A DNA stretch of 19,599 nucleotides from contig NW_021824113.1 in NCBI RefSeq assembly GCF_006345805.1, forward strand, positions 1-19,599, given 5' to 3'. The notes below the pieces were generated by a model that saw nothing but the letters and a program-made list of their open reading frames with translations, was not told the origin of the DNA and did not search any database. The DNA is from Octopus sinensis (taxonomy: Eukaryota). Shown here one piece after another: positions 1 to 10,060 of this stretch. The position numbers were made by a program, and so were the translations under genes. The first letter of the stretch is position 1. Each line of letters starts with the position of its first letter.

Positions 1-203
1 AGCAGGAGACCCCAGTCATAGCTATCAGACAATCACTTAGACCACATCACCCCTAACATTTAGATGGGTGTGTGTATGTATGTACGTATGCGTAATTAAG
101 TGTATTTTTGTACATACATAATACATACATAAATTATACATATTTATATACATAAAGATGTGTATGTATTCAAAAAAGATTATTTTTAATACATACACAT
201 ACA

Positions 204-648
<445 letters not shown>

Positions 649-898
649 AGAAAGAACGATATACGTGGTGGGTGTGCACAAGTATTGTTGCATACGGATG
701 TATGTTCAGGGAAATGTTAAATAAGTACACGTCGCTACTTAGACAATTCCATTGTGAATAATTCAAGCATACAGCACCTTGTTCATTGTGGCAATATTAA
801 TAGGCACTTTAATTGTGAATTCATGAACTTGCTATACTGGATGACAAACTAGTATGCGAGCAAGAAGAATAACGACACAGTCAATGACGGTAATATGA

Positions 899-907
899 AT
901 AATAATA

Positions 908-943
<36 letters not shown>

Positions 944-1005
944 GTAATAATAATAATAATAATAATTAATATTAATAATGGTGGTGGTGGTGTGGTGGTG
1001 GTGGT
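899..1005. repeat. (AAT)n followed by (GGT)n microsatellite
   Basis: Directly visible trinucleotide arrays. Confidence 0.95.
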
Positions 1006-1116
1006 TGAGGTGAGAATAGAAATTAGTTGTAGTATTGTTGTTTGTGTTGTTGTTATTCTAATTATTAATATTATTGTTTTTGTTGGGTTTTTTTCATTAT
1101 TTGCCATTCATCACAG

Positions 1117-1178
1117 ACAAAATGCAGCTTCTGTTAGCAAGAATTGCAGAGAACGGAGACGATACGCTAAATATAACT
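1117..1178 (+). other. Weak candidate internal exon (62 nt)
   Basis: Pyrimidine-rich acceptor ...ttgccattcatcacag| and donor |GTATGT at 1179. Two frames are open (KMQLLLARIAENGDDTLNIT or QNAASVSKNCRERRRYAKYN). No recognisable homology. Confidence 0.2.
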
Positions 1179-1227
1179 GTATGTGTGTGTCAGTGCGTGT
1201 CTGAATGACAGAGTGTGTGTGAATGAA

Positions 1228-1256
1228 TGTATATATATATATATATTATATATAAT

Positions 1257-1289
<33 letters not shown>

Positions 1290-1385
1290 CATACATACAT
1301 ATACATAAATATACATATACATGAATATATATATATATAATATAGATATATATATTATATATATATACATATATATATCAATAAT
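1228..1385. repeat. (TA)n/(TACA)n low-complexity array
   Basis: Directly visible. Confidence 0.9.
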
Positions 1386-1671
1386 TTGCATGTATGCATC
1401 TATGTGGTATGCATGCATATTACTTATTTATTCATGTATATATGCAGTACATGAGGGAAACACGAGGAATGTTCGTGCGTATACTTGACAAAAAATGTGG
1501 TACATAAAGGAGATACACAATTATTAAAAGAATCGAGATATTTTTATGTATCATATATATCAATATATAGACACATATATAGAGACCTGTATGTATATAT
1601 ATATATGTGTGTGTGTAATATATTATATATATATATATATAATAATAATATATATATGTATGCATATATTG

Positions 1672-2004
1672 GTACAGGACGTCACCAACTGTGTAAACAA
1701 CATGAAATAAGTAGACAAGCCAATTAAATTCGTAAACAACGAGAGAAGAAAATCGAAAACGGGACAAATAAACACAGAATAACGACTCTTTATCAGTTGT
1801 CGGGGGTATATCTACTCCTCATTTCCGTCATTCATCGAGAGTATGAGTTTTGAAAGAAAGTTGCTCCCATACATTCTAAAATAAAATTTATGATTTATGG
1901 AGGATCAAAGTTGGGAACAAAAGCAGGACAGTGCATACAAGAAAACCGAACGAAAACAAACACGGAGAGTCGTTAGACTAGAACAAGGGGAAATAGTGAA
2001 CGCT

Positions 2005-2006
<2 letters not shown>
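1672..2006. mobile_element. Unclassified interspersed-repeat island between TA arrays, related to 6912-7037
   Basis: Starts with GTACAGGAC (1672-1680), identical to 6912-6920. Both islands end in a similar A-rich ...GAGT...AGAC...CAAGG segment shortly before a (TA)n tract. Confidence 0.45.
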
Positions 2007-2050
<44 letters not shown>

Positions 2051-2068
2051 ATATATATATATATATAC
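2007..2068. repeat. (TA)n microsatellite
   Basis: Directly visible. Confidence 0.97.
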
Positions 2069-2230
2069 ACGCATTTTTTCTCTCCTTCTTTTTCTGTGTA
2101 TCTTTCTGTGGAAGAGCGTAGGCTTGAAACGTAAAATACTTTTTCTATTCCTGAGCGTTATACTAATACATTTGTTTGTTTGTACACCACCTGCCTTCGT
2201 CTTTTGTTTATTTTCGTAAACTTTCCCTTT
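2069..2230 (+). mobile_element. ~160-bp insert in a TA array; putative Penelope-like terminal fragment with a decayed hammerhead-like core
   Basis: Unique sequence with TA arrays on both sides. Contains tGGAAGA-gcgtaggctt-GAAAC-GTA (2109-2133), which resembles CUGANGA...GAAAC-GUH with two core substitutions. Confidence 0.4.
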
Positions 2231-2572
2231 ATATATATTGATATATATGCACACGCACATATATATATACATATGTATACACACATATACACATATATAT
2301 ATACACACACATATATATAGATATATAGGTATATATACACACATATAGGAGAAATAGAAGTTGAAAATGCACTCAGATTACTTAGAATATTTTTATTAAT
2401 ATATTTGAAGCGCTAACCGTTTTCACATTTTACACTGATCTTCAAAAAGTCCAAATAGAAAGACGTGGCTTATGTCGCTGCTGCCTTGCATCTGACAAGT
2501 GTTTGAAGTTTGCCTTGCTTTTATAAGGAGTTCGTGGATGGCTTAAATTAGTATATATTTCGAATAGGATTT

Positions 2573-2820
2573 GATTGGTAGGAGATAGTCACATGATTGC
2601 CCGCTACGTCCGTGTGTTCGTATCAAGTGACAGTGTTTGACGTCGTTAAGGCTGACACAGTTGACTGAACAAGTTCAAACAATCAATGCTCTGAATCTTC
2701 TGTCAAGTGTTTGTAGAGAATGAACATCTGATTAAGTTTATAACCTTTTCTACATTTCCCGCTAGGTGCGTGAGATACTGTCACGCGGGAGTATATTTCG
2801 CATCTAAAAACATGGCCGAC
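2573..2820. promoter_or_regulatory. Candidate TATA-less promoter motif cluster
   Basis: ATTGG (reverse CCAAT) at 2574-2578, E-box GTCACATGAT at 2588-2597, E2F-type TTTCCCGC at 2755-2762, GCGGGA at 2785-2790 and YY1-like AACATGGCCG at ~2809-2818. CpG is locally enriched. Confidence 0.35.
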
Positions 2821-2903
2821 ACGGTTGAGTGAACTGGCGTAAAAATAATCAAGGCATTCCAAATTTAATCTATTTGGTGGGAGAGTGGACAGGAGTCTTT
2901 CTT

Positions 2904-2905
2904 TC

Positions 2906-2993
<88 letters not shown>
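2904..2993. repeat. (CTAT)n + (TA)n microsatellite
   Basis: Directly visible. Confidence 0.97.
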
Positions 2994-2999
<6 letters not shown>

Positions 3000-3394
3000 A
3001 TAATAGTAAAGGGTAAAAATAATTAATTAATTAATTAATTAATAATCAATAATTTTACCAAGTAGTTCAGCATGTTAAAAGAACCATTATCGGTAAACTT
3101 AAACAAGAATTTTTATAATTATGAGTATAATTATAATTAGGGCTCAGCAAAAACTTTGCTTCACCACATACCGAAATTTAGAAATAACAACCAAAACTAA
3201 CTATTTCTCTACCATAAGAAAATCTCCCAGATAACAAAACTCAACAACACACGTAGGCAAAGAGAAAACAATAACGAATTCACTCGGTTTAGATTAACTG
3301 TGGACGCGTTTCGGAGTTAGATAAATATGAAAAATGCAAAAACCACATTTCCATTCTATCATTCTCGCTCTTCAGTACAGTACTTCAGGATTTC
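2994..3394 (-). mobile_element. Putative Penelope-like element terminal (pseudo-LTR) fragment, ~400 bp, ending in (TA)n
   Basis: Carries a minimal type I hammerhead near its 5' side and a (TTAA)n-rich 3' part, and abuts a TA tract. The family assignment is inferred from the ribozyme type, not from any RT or GIY-YIG ORF. Confidence 0.6.
3297..3381 (-). ncRNA. Minimal type I hammerhead ribozyme motif
   Basis: The minus strand reads ACTGTA-CTGAAGA-GCGAG...(long loop)...CTCC-GAAA-CGCG-TC^CACAGT. Core CUGANGA is at 3375-3369 and GAAA at 3312-3309. Helix III is the palindrome ACGCGT with a GUC triplet, giving a predicted cut between 3303 and 3302. Helix I is ACTGT/ACAGT, with an A.C mismatch at the first pair. 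Confidence 0.72.
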
Positions 3395-3438
3395 AAATTT
3401 GAGGGCACTGTTCAATTTTTTACAGTGCCCTCAAATTT
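3395..3438. repeat. Perfect 17-bp inverted repeat with a 10-nt loop
   Basis: AAATTTGAGGGCACTGT (3395-3411) pairs with ACAGTGCCCTCAAATTT (3422-3438). Confidence 0.95.
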
Positions 3439-3569
3439 TTTAAAGCAGTATCTTTCTAAGAAACGTTACAATTACCATTGCCATCAACATTAACATCACC
3501 GCCACAACTTCGGTCTCATCAATTTTGGCATGAAGAACACCATCTTCTTTGCTCTCATTTATGTCGTTA

Positions 3570-4040
3570 CAATTATTATCATCATCACCACCACCACCAC
3601 TATGATCATCATTTTCATCATCATCATCATCATCATCATCATTCATCATCATCATCGTCAACATCATCCTCATCATTAATGTCTCCGCCATCGTCGTCAT
3701 CATCATGATCAGCAGAAACAGCAGCATCATCGCCATCGCCTTTGTCTTCATCATCGTCGTCATCCTCATCATCTCATCGTCATCATCATCATCATCACCA
3801 TTGTCATCATTATCATCACCATCGTCATCATCATCATCATCACCATTGTCATCATCATCATCACCATCATCATCATCATGATAATCACCTGCATCATCAT
3901 CATCATCATTAATATCATCCACACTGCCACCAACTTTACAATCGCCACCTCTAAAATCATCAGCAGCAACATCATCATCACCATCATCTTTACACTCATC
4001 ATTATCCTCCCCATCAATTTCGCCACCGTCTTCATCATTT
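3570..4040. repeat. Degenerate (CAT)n/(GAT)n trinucleotide array
   Basis: Directly visible. Reading it on the minus strand switches between poly-Asp and poly-Met frames, which indicates indels. Confidence 0.92.
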
Positions 4041-4319
4041 CACTGTAACGCTGTCTTCTGAAATCTAGCACTGATTTTTCAGGCTCCAGTTCTCCCCTTT
4101 TTGCAAACAATAAAAAAAAATAATAATTAAAATAAAAATAAAGCAATAAAAAAATTAAGGGTAAACAGGAGCCCAAAAATAAATAATTAAACTTAAAAAG
4201 AGCCAAAATGAAAACCACACACACACACAAAAAAAAACCAAACAAACAATTATTGTAAACATCACCAGGTTAAAACCAGAACTAACCGGCATGAACTGTC
4301 GTTACTAAAGCGGACGAAA

Positions 4320-4571
4320 CCAATCAAATAAAATTGTGATCGAACTGGATGAAATCAAACGAAAATCAGAGCGAATCGAACAAAAATACACAAGATCTGA
4401 CGTCATACAATCGTTATCTCCCTTGTTGAGTGGATTTCAAACCTAAATATAATACGTCGGCAGAGATTTGTGTTTATATGTTGACCCTTTAATCCACACA
4501 AGTTATTTTTATATTGAATAAGCCTTGTTGCAATTACCGGAAGCAAACATTGCACTCTGGCCGCCATTTTG
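4320..4571. promoter_or_regulatory. Candidate housekeeping-type promoter motif cluster (CCAAT, CRE, ETS, YY1)
   Basis: CCAAT at 4320-4324, full CRE TGACGTCA at 4398-4405, ACCGGAAG at 4536-4543 and the consensus YY1 site GCCGCCATTTTG at 4560-4571. Confidence 0.55.
4403..4567 (-). CDS. Candidate first coding exon or short ORF: MAARVQCLLPVIATRLIQYKNNLCGLKGQHINTNLCRRIIFRFEIHSTREITIV*
   Basis: The ATG lies in the strong context caaaATGGCGGC and overlaps the YY1 motif. The ORF is 54 aa, below the ORF-track cutoff, with no D/E in the first 43 aa and 7 K/R. Possible donors are CCG|GTAATT (4537), AG|GTTTGA (4442) and ATT|GTATGA (4408). Confidence 0.3.
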   Translation of the reverse strand: MAARVQCLLPVIATRLIQYKNNLCGLKGQHINTNLCRRIIFRFEIHSTREITIV

Positions 4572-4616
4572 TTTTCGGTTCTTTTCTCTTTTAGAGATTT
4601 TTACAATAGCCATTAC

Positions 4617-4617
4617 C

Positions 4618-4671
<54 letters not shown>

Positions 4672-4702
4672 GTTGTTGTTGTTGTTATTATTATTATTAT
4701 TA
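4617..4702. repeat. (ATT)n/(GTT)n microsatellite
   Basis: Directly visible. Confidence 0.97.
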
Positions 4703-4799
4703 CACGGGAACTTTAACTGTGTTTTATGTACTGTTATTTTTTTTTTTCTAGTTCAAACTTTTGTACTCAGCTATTCCCAAATTTCAACAAAATCGCTCA

Positions 4800-5360
4800 C
4801 TCTCTTTCTTACTATCTTTTGCTCTCTTTCTCTTTCTCCCTCTCTCTCTCTCTCTCTCTCCCTCTCTCTTACGCACTCTATCTTATTTCTCTTCGTTTTC
4901 TCTGTCTTTCAGTCCGACTCATTTATCTACGAATATTTTTTCTTTTACCTATTTACCAGCCAATATGTTTTTACATATTCTTTCTTTATCTATTTCTCTC
5001 TCCCTCACGCTTTCTCTCTCTCTCTCTTTCTCTCTCTCTACGTGTATATATATATATATATGTATACATATACATATATGTATATACATATATATAGATA
5101 GATAGATAGACAGGAATACATATATTTTAATGGATATATATAAAAATATATACATGTATACATGTCAGCATGTATGTCTGTGTAAATACATAAATATTCT
5201 ATACGAATATATGTGTATGTATGTGTGTGTGTGTTTGTACATGTGAATCTTTGCATATATATATATATATGTACATATATATATTATATTATATATATAT
5301 ATATATATTATATATATATATATATATATGTACATATATATATACATATACATATATAAG
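4800..5360. repeat. (CT)n, (TA)n, (TAGA)n and (TG)n low-complexity block
   Basis: Directly visible, with short unique interruptions. Confidence 0.88.
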
Positions 5361-5452
5361 TAGTTATGTATGATGTGTATCTGAAAACCACTACGATGTA
5401 TATATGCAGGTATGCATGCGCATAAAGATATGTGCATACATATTTGCATGGA

Positions 5453-5554
5453 AGTTACAGTGACACAAGGGACCAGAGTTCGTATCAATGCGTTTATCAA
5501 ATGATATGATAAGTGCATTATCACGAAACTTTAAGCCCTTGTGTCACTTTAACT
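5453..5554 (+). other. 102-nt imperfect fold-back (pri-miRNA-like hairpin or tiny MITE)
   Basis: The outer arms AGTTACAGTGACACAAGGG (5453-5471) and CCCTTGTGTCACTTTAACT (5536-5554) match at 18 of 19 positions. Pairing continues inward to TTATCA/TGATAA around a ~7-nt loop. Confidence 0.75.
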
Positions 5555-5649
5555 GCTCGTCGGCTAATATAAATATATAAATGCTACGCTTCGTACATTG
5601 TTTTCTCTAACGTCTCTTTATAAAACGCAAATCAAGTAATATACGATTG

Positions 5650-5995
5650 CATATGTGTGTGTATGTGTGTGAGTGCATACATACATGCACATATATATAT
5701 ATATATGTATGTATATATGTATATATATATATATATGATATAGATATAAATATGTATATATATATAGTGTGTATATAGATAGATAGATAGATAGATATAT
5801 ACATATAGATACTGATATATATATGCGTGTATATATATATAAATATGTGGTATATATATATATTACATATATATATATATACATATATAATATGATAGTC
5901 TATATAACATGATATACAGTGTGTGTGTGTGCGTCTATGTACATATATGCGTGCCTTTCGTGTTAGTGCTATATATATATATATATATATATATT
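5650..5995. repeat. TA/TG/TAGA low-complexity array
   Basis: Directly visible. Confidence 0.9.
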
Positions 5996-6219
5996 CCACA
6001 GAAGAAATAGCATCTAACCATGATAAAATAATTTTGTAACAACTACAGCCATAACAAAACACCATCCCACCAGAGGGATATCGAACAAAGAATTGATATT
6101 TTTCGAATGAAATCAATGACAGTTTAACCATATTGTGATTGGTATTTGCTTTGAAATGGTGCAGCGTATAAAAATATTTGCAACTGAGAAACAATAGAAC
6201 ATAGGTTGTGAACATATTC

Positions 6220-6240
6220 ACATATATACATACATATTAG

Positions 6241-6298
<58 letters not shown>

Positions 6299-6415
6299 GT
6301 ATATATATGTGTGTGTGTATATCTACATATATATTTGTATATACACATATGTATGTATATATATGTATATAGATATAAACATATATGTACATGCATATAT
6401 ACATATGTGTCTGTG
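6220..6415. repeat. (TA)n/(TG)n array
   Basis: Directly visible. Confidence 0.92.
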
Positions 6416-6765
6416 TATAGGAGATAGCGAAGCAGATGAAAGCGATTAGGCTTGATATAAATAAATATACATTTATATGTAAACATGCAGGAACTGAAAA
6501 TATGCGGAAGATAAAACCATATGTGCAAACATAGATATTTATATTTTCAAATAAATTCACATCGAGCATAAAAAAGGTAGGGGAAGTAAGCAATGCATAG
6601 TTTCTATTTTTTGTGAACGTGACCACTTGTTTTCTCGGAATTCAGAATTACGTAATCGACTTAATACGGCTTCCTTCGTTAGGAGGGGAAGATTAGTAAA
6701 TAGTAATTTACTAGGTGGTGCTAGAAAGTAATGGTTGGAATATATATATCTATACATACATGCAA

Positions 6766-6815
<50 letters not shown>

Positions 6816-6911
6816 GTGTAATAAATAAAATATATGCATGCATACAAACATATATGTACCTACCTACATCTACATGTATATATACATGCATATATAAATA
6901 TATATACGTGT

Positions 6912-7037
6912 GTACAGGACACCACAAATAGACGTAGAACTCAACGAGAAACGAAAACGTAAAAACAGTATGAATCGGACCATTTTTTTTAACAACGAAA
7001 AAACAGAGTACAAGACACAAGGAAAAATCCCCTTCAT
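6912..7037. mobile_element. Unclassified interspersed-repeat island in microsatellite, related to 1672-2006
   Basis: Starts with GTACAGGAC-ACCACAAATA and is embedded between TA/TACA arrays. Confidence 0.45.
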
Positions 7038-7150
7038 CATATATATATATATATATATTATACATACATATAAACATACATACAGACATACATACATACA
7101 TACATACATACATACATACATACATACATACATACATACATACATACATA
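7038..7150. repeat. (TA)n + (TACA)n microsatellite
   Basis: Directly visible. Confidence 0.96.
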
Positions 7151-7513
7151 GGTAGAGCCGTGGCTATGTGGTATGTAGCTTGCTTCTGAACTGTATGGTT
7201 TTGAATTCAGTCCTAGTACGTGACGGCGAGGACAAATGTTTCTACCATTATTTGAAGCTGACCAAAATTTGTGACTCTATTTCCTTGACAAATACTGAAA
7301 GACGTCAGTCGTATGTGTGTATGTGTATGTGTTTGCGTCATTATATATGTGTTCGTCTCTCACGAATGCTTGATAACCGCTGATGGTTTATACATGTCCA
7401 TATAACCTGTCGGTTCGGTTAAAGGGACCGATAGAAAAGTACCAGGCTTTAAAAATATGGTGAGGATTGGTTCATTCAACAAAATACCTTCGAAGTTCTA
7501 GTGCCCAAGCATG
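7151..7513 (+). mobile_element. Degenerate tRNA-derived SINE, family A (same as 12732-13137)
   Basis: Colinear with the 12732 copy: GCCGTGGCT...GCTTGCTTC head, GAAAGA...TG-rich centre, GTACCAGGCTT and GTGCCCAAGCATG tail. Confidence 0.8.
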
Positions 7514-7600
7514 TAAAATATAGAAGTAAACGATAAAAGCTATGCATATATCATTTATTGAAATTAGACGCTATACTTATTTGCATGCATATCTGATTGA

Positions 7601-7785
7601 GGTTGGTGGCTTCGGAGTTAGTGCGTTGCTTTGAAGATCGTAAGATTGTGGTTTCGATTCCTGGACCGAGTGGTGCGTCGTATTTTTGAGCATAACATTG
7701 TTTCTGTTCACTCATCTGGCCAAATGAAGTAATCAGTGCGGCACACTGGCGTCCCATCCTGTGATGGGGAATACAGGAGCCACAA
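7601..7785 (+). mobile_element. Degenerate tRNA-derived SINE, separate family
   Basis: tRNA-like head with an A-box-like GGTGGCTT...GTTAG and B-box-like GGTTTCGATTCC (7650-7661). The body contains TTTTTGAGCATAACA and CTGGCGTCCCATCC (7746-7759), which resembles conserved SINE central domains. Confidence 0.6.
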
Positions 7786-7886
7786 AATAATCTTATAAGT
7801 TTATAGATCGGGTGGAATATTTGAGCGTTACTCTAAGTATGGATGTACATATGAATGTATGTATGGATAGTTAGATAGATAGATAA

Positions 7887-7924
<38 letters not shown>

Positions 7925-7989
7925 TTCCAGGTGTAAACCATTCGCTTTATTATCCATGTAGAAATATATATCCAAATAGATACATGTAG

Positions 7990-8572
7990 TATAACCGTAA
8001 CCCATTGAATTACACAAAGATATAGTGAGTTATGTTGAATCAGATGGATTTAAATGAGCGGTGGTATAATCGATCAAATTGAGCCGAGATAAGGTAGATT
8101 AAATTGAGTCAGTTATATTCCATTAACTTGAGGCAATCTAATTTAGATGAGACGAGATGTAGACTACCGGATTGAATGAAGGCATTGTCTTTTAAAATAA
8201 GATAATGTATAATCGATAAAATTGTAACAAGGTTTAAGTTGAACCGAACTACAATAAATTAAATTGAGCCAAACGATAGCCTATTAAAATCAGCCAAGCC
8301 ATAATCCGTTTCACCGAGCCAATGTTGAGTTGATTAAATTGAGCACAGACGTAATCCATTAAACTTAGTCACAGTATAATCCAGTTAAACAACGAAGTTA
8401 TAGTTGATTATACTGAACCAAGGGCAAGGAACTTTGGGTTAAATTGAGCCAAGGTATAACGCATTAAAGTGAGCCGAGACATAGCCCATTAAATTGAGTC
8501 GTAGTATTAAATTGAACCAAGACAGTCAATATTGAATTAACCGTCCATCTAGTCTATTAAATTGACCCAGCT
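7990..8572. repeat. Degenerate 25-bp minisatellite, roughly 23 units, consensus ~ATTAAATTGAGCCAAGGTATAATCC
   Basis: Consecutive 25-nt units start at 8258, 8283, 8308, 8333 and 8358, with further 25-mers at 8463, 8506 and 8531. Confidence 0.9.
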
Positions 8573-9166
8573 ACTCATTTTGTCGAGTCAGGTAGAAAAC
8601 TAAATAGCCTTAGATAGAATTTATAATTCTATTTATCAACGACTGAATGCACACTAAATGATTTTGCCATTTCCAGATAATTCGAAGCTTAACCTAATGT
8701 AACATTTTCTTTCTTTTCTGTTTGTTCATTTTACTTAAAAATAAAAAAAGTAAAATGTAAACCTAATCCACTGTAGTCTTCTAACTACTGACTACTAACT
8801 ATTCTTGTAGTTTTCAATAAGTTCACTACTGACTGCTATAATAACCAGAAACGAAAGTTAATTTCTAACGTTCTGCTTCCATTTCGTATAATCTGAAAAC
8901 ACATTTCCATTCTGTATATATAAAAAGGTCTTCCCGACATTATAACCTTATAATAGAAAATTTTCGAAGAACAGAACACAAAAAAAAATAAACCACAATA
9001 TAAAACATAAAACAATAAATGTAGATTTTTTTCCCTTTCTATCTAATCACCAAAAATGTCAGCTAAACTTAGAATAATTCCACCATTTTTCTTTCACTCA
9101 AACTTCTATCCATTCTAATAGAAACCAAGGAATTAGAATGAAGTCTTCTGATTTTTATGTTTGCAG

Positions 9167-9216
9167 ATGAAAATGTCGACTCACTCCGACTCTCGAATTA
9201 TTTCATTTTCCGTAAT
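9167..9216 (+). other. Candidate internal exon (50 nt)
   Basis: Acceptor gatttttatgtttgcag| and donor AAT|GTATGT (9217). Open frames are xENVDSLRLSNYFIFRN and MKMSTHSDSRIISFSV. Confidence 0.3.
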
Positions 9217-9718
9217 GTATGTCTGTATAAAATGCATAAGTGCAAATATGTATGTGTGGAGGAAAAATTTACGTTCGTGTGTGTCCGTATATAACAGTTG
9301 CGTTTTTGGAAAGAGCTTTTTTTTTATATTTTGTAGTTTCTTTTGAGAAATTTTTGCTTTTGCATTATATCTTTTTTTCGGTTTTTTTTTTTATTTATTT
9401 ACCTCTGTTTTTCATTTCTATACAGCATTTACTTTCTGACACGAATTTCTGTCAGTAACAATAATCGAAGATTATTTTATTATTTTCGATATGTTACGAT
9501 CCTGTCTAATGAACAAGATGTTCCAACAGAATTTACTAAAAAGATGTCAGCTATACGTCGATAATTTCGCCATATTGCTTTTCATTCAAAACTTTCCATT
9601 CTGTCGTAAAAGACAAAAAATATCCAACGAAATCTGATTATATGTAATAAAGGAAATGTCATCATTTTCCTCTCTATTTTTTAGTATTCTCTGATTATAT
9701 ACTCTTACTATTGAGGCT

Positions 9719-9748
9719 ATTATTATTATTATTATTTTATTATTATTA

Positions 9749-9790
<42 letters not shown>

Positions 9791-9800
9791 CGTCGTCGTT
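9719..9800. repeat. (ATT)n microsatellite
   Basis: Directly visible. Confidence 0.96.
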
Positions 9801-10060
9801 GTTCTGTTTTTCATTATTCGCTGTGAACAGTCACGTTTTCACAAAATTATATAATGACAGGTATGCCTTATGAAATAAAATTGGTTTTCCTTTATTCATT
9901 TTTACCGCCACAGGACACCGGGAGGTTTCAAAGACTCCGCCATTTCCTGGGGGGGCAGAGACACAATTCCGTCGTTTTTGCTTTCTGTTCAGATTTTAGA
10001 CAGGGAGTATATACTTTTAAGGACGAGCCATTAGTAATATATTTGTGGTGTGTACGGGTG

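Noticed and set aside
3440-4245. Asp-rich and Met-rich ORFs suggesting an acidic or biomineral protein
   Set aside because: They come from a decayed (GAT)n array that slips between frames at least twice, with no credible start or splice context.
7990-8572. CRISPR-like repeat/spacer appearance
   Set aside because: The context is eukaryotic, the conserved part is only ~13 bp and itself variable, the variable parts are ~12 bp and related to each other, and there are no cas genes.
8882-8933. Possible further hammerhead remnant sharing CACATTTCCATTCT with 3344-3357
   Set aside because: Only a 14-bp match plus TTTCG and TCTTC remain. The CUGANGA box, helix III and helix I are not intact.
9831-10040. 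Exon-like signals (30-nt exon with CAG|GTATGC, acceptor at 9913)
   Set aside because: The implied intron is only 53 nt, and the downstream part shares motifs with the repeat island at 6912.
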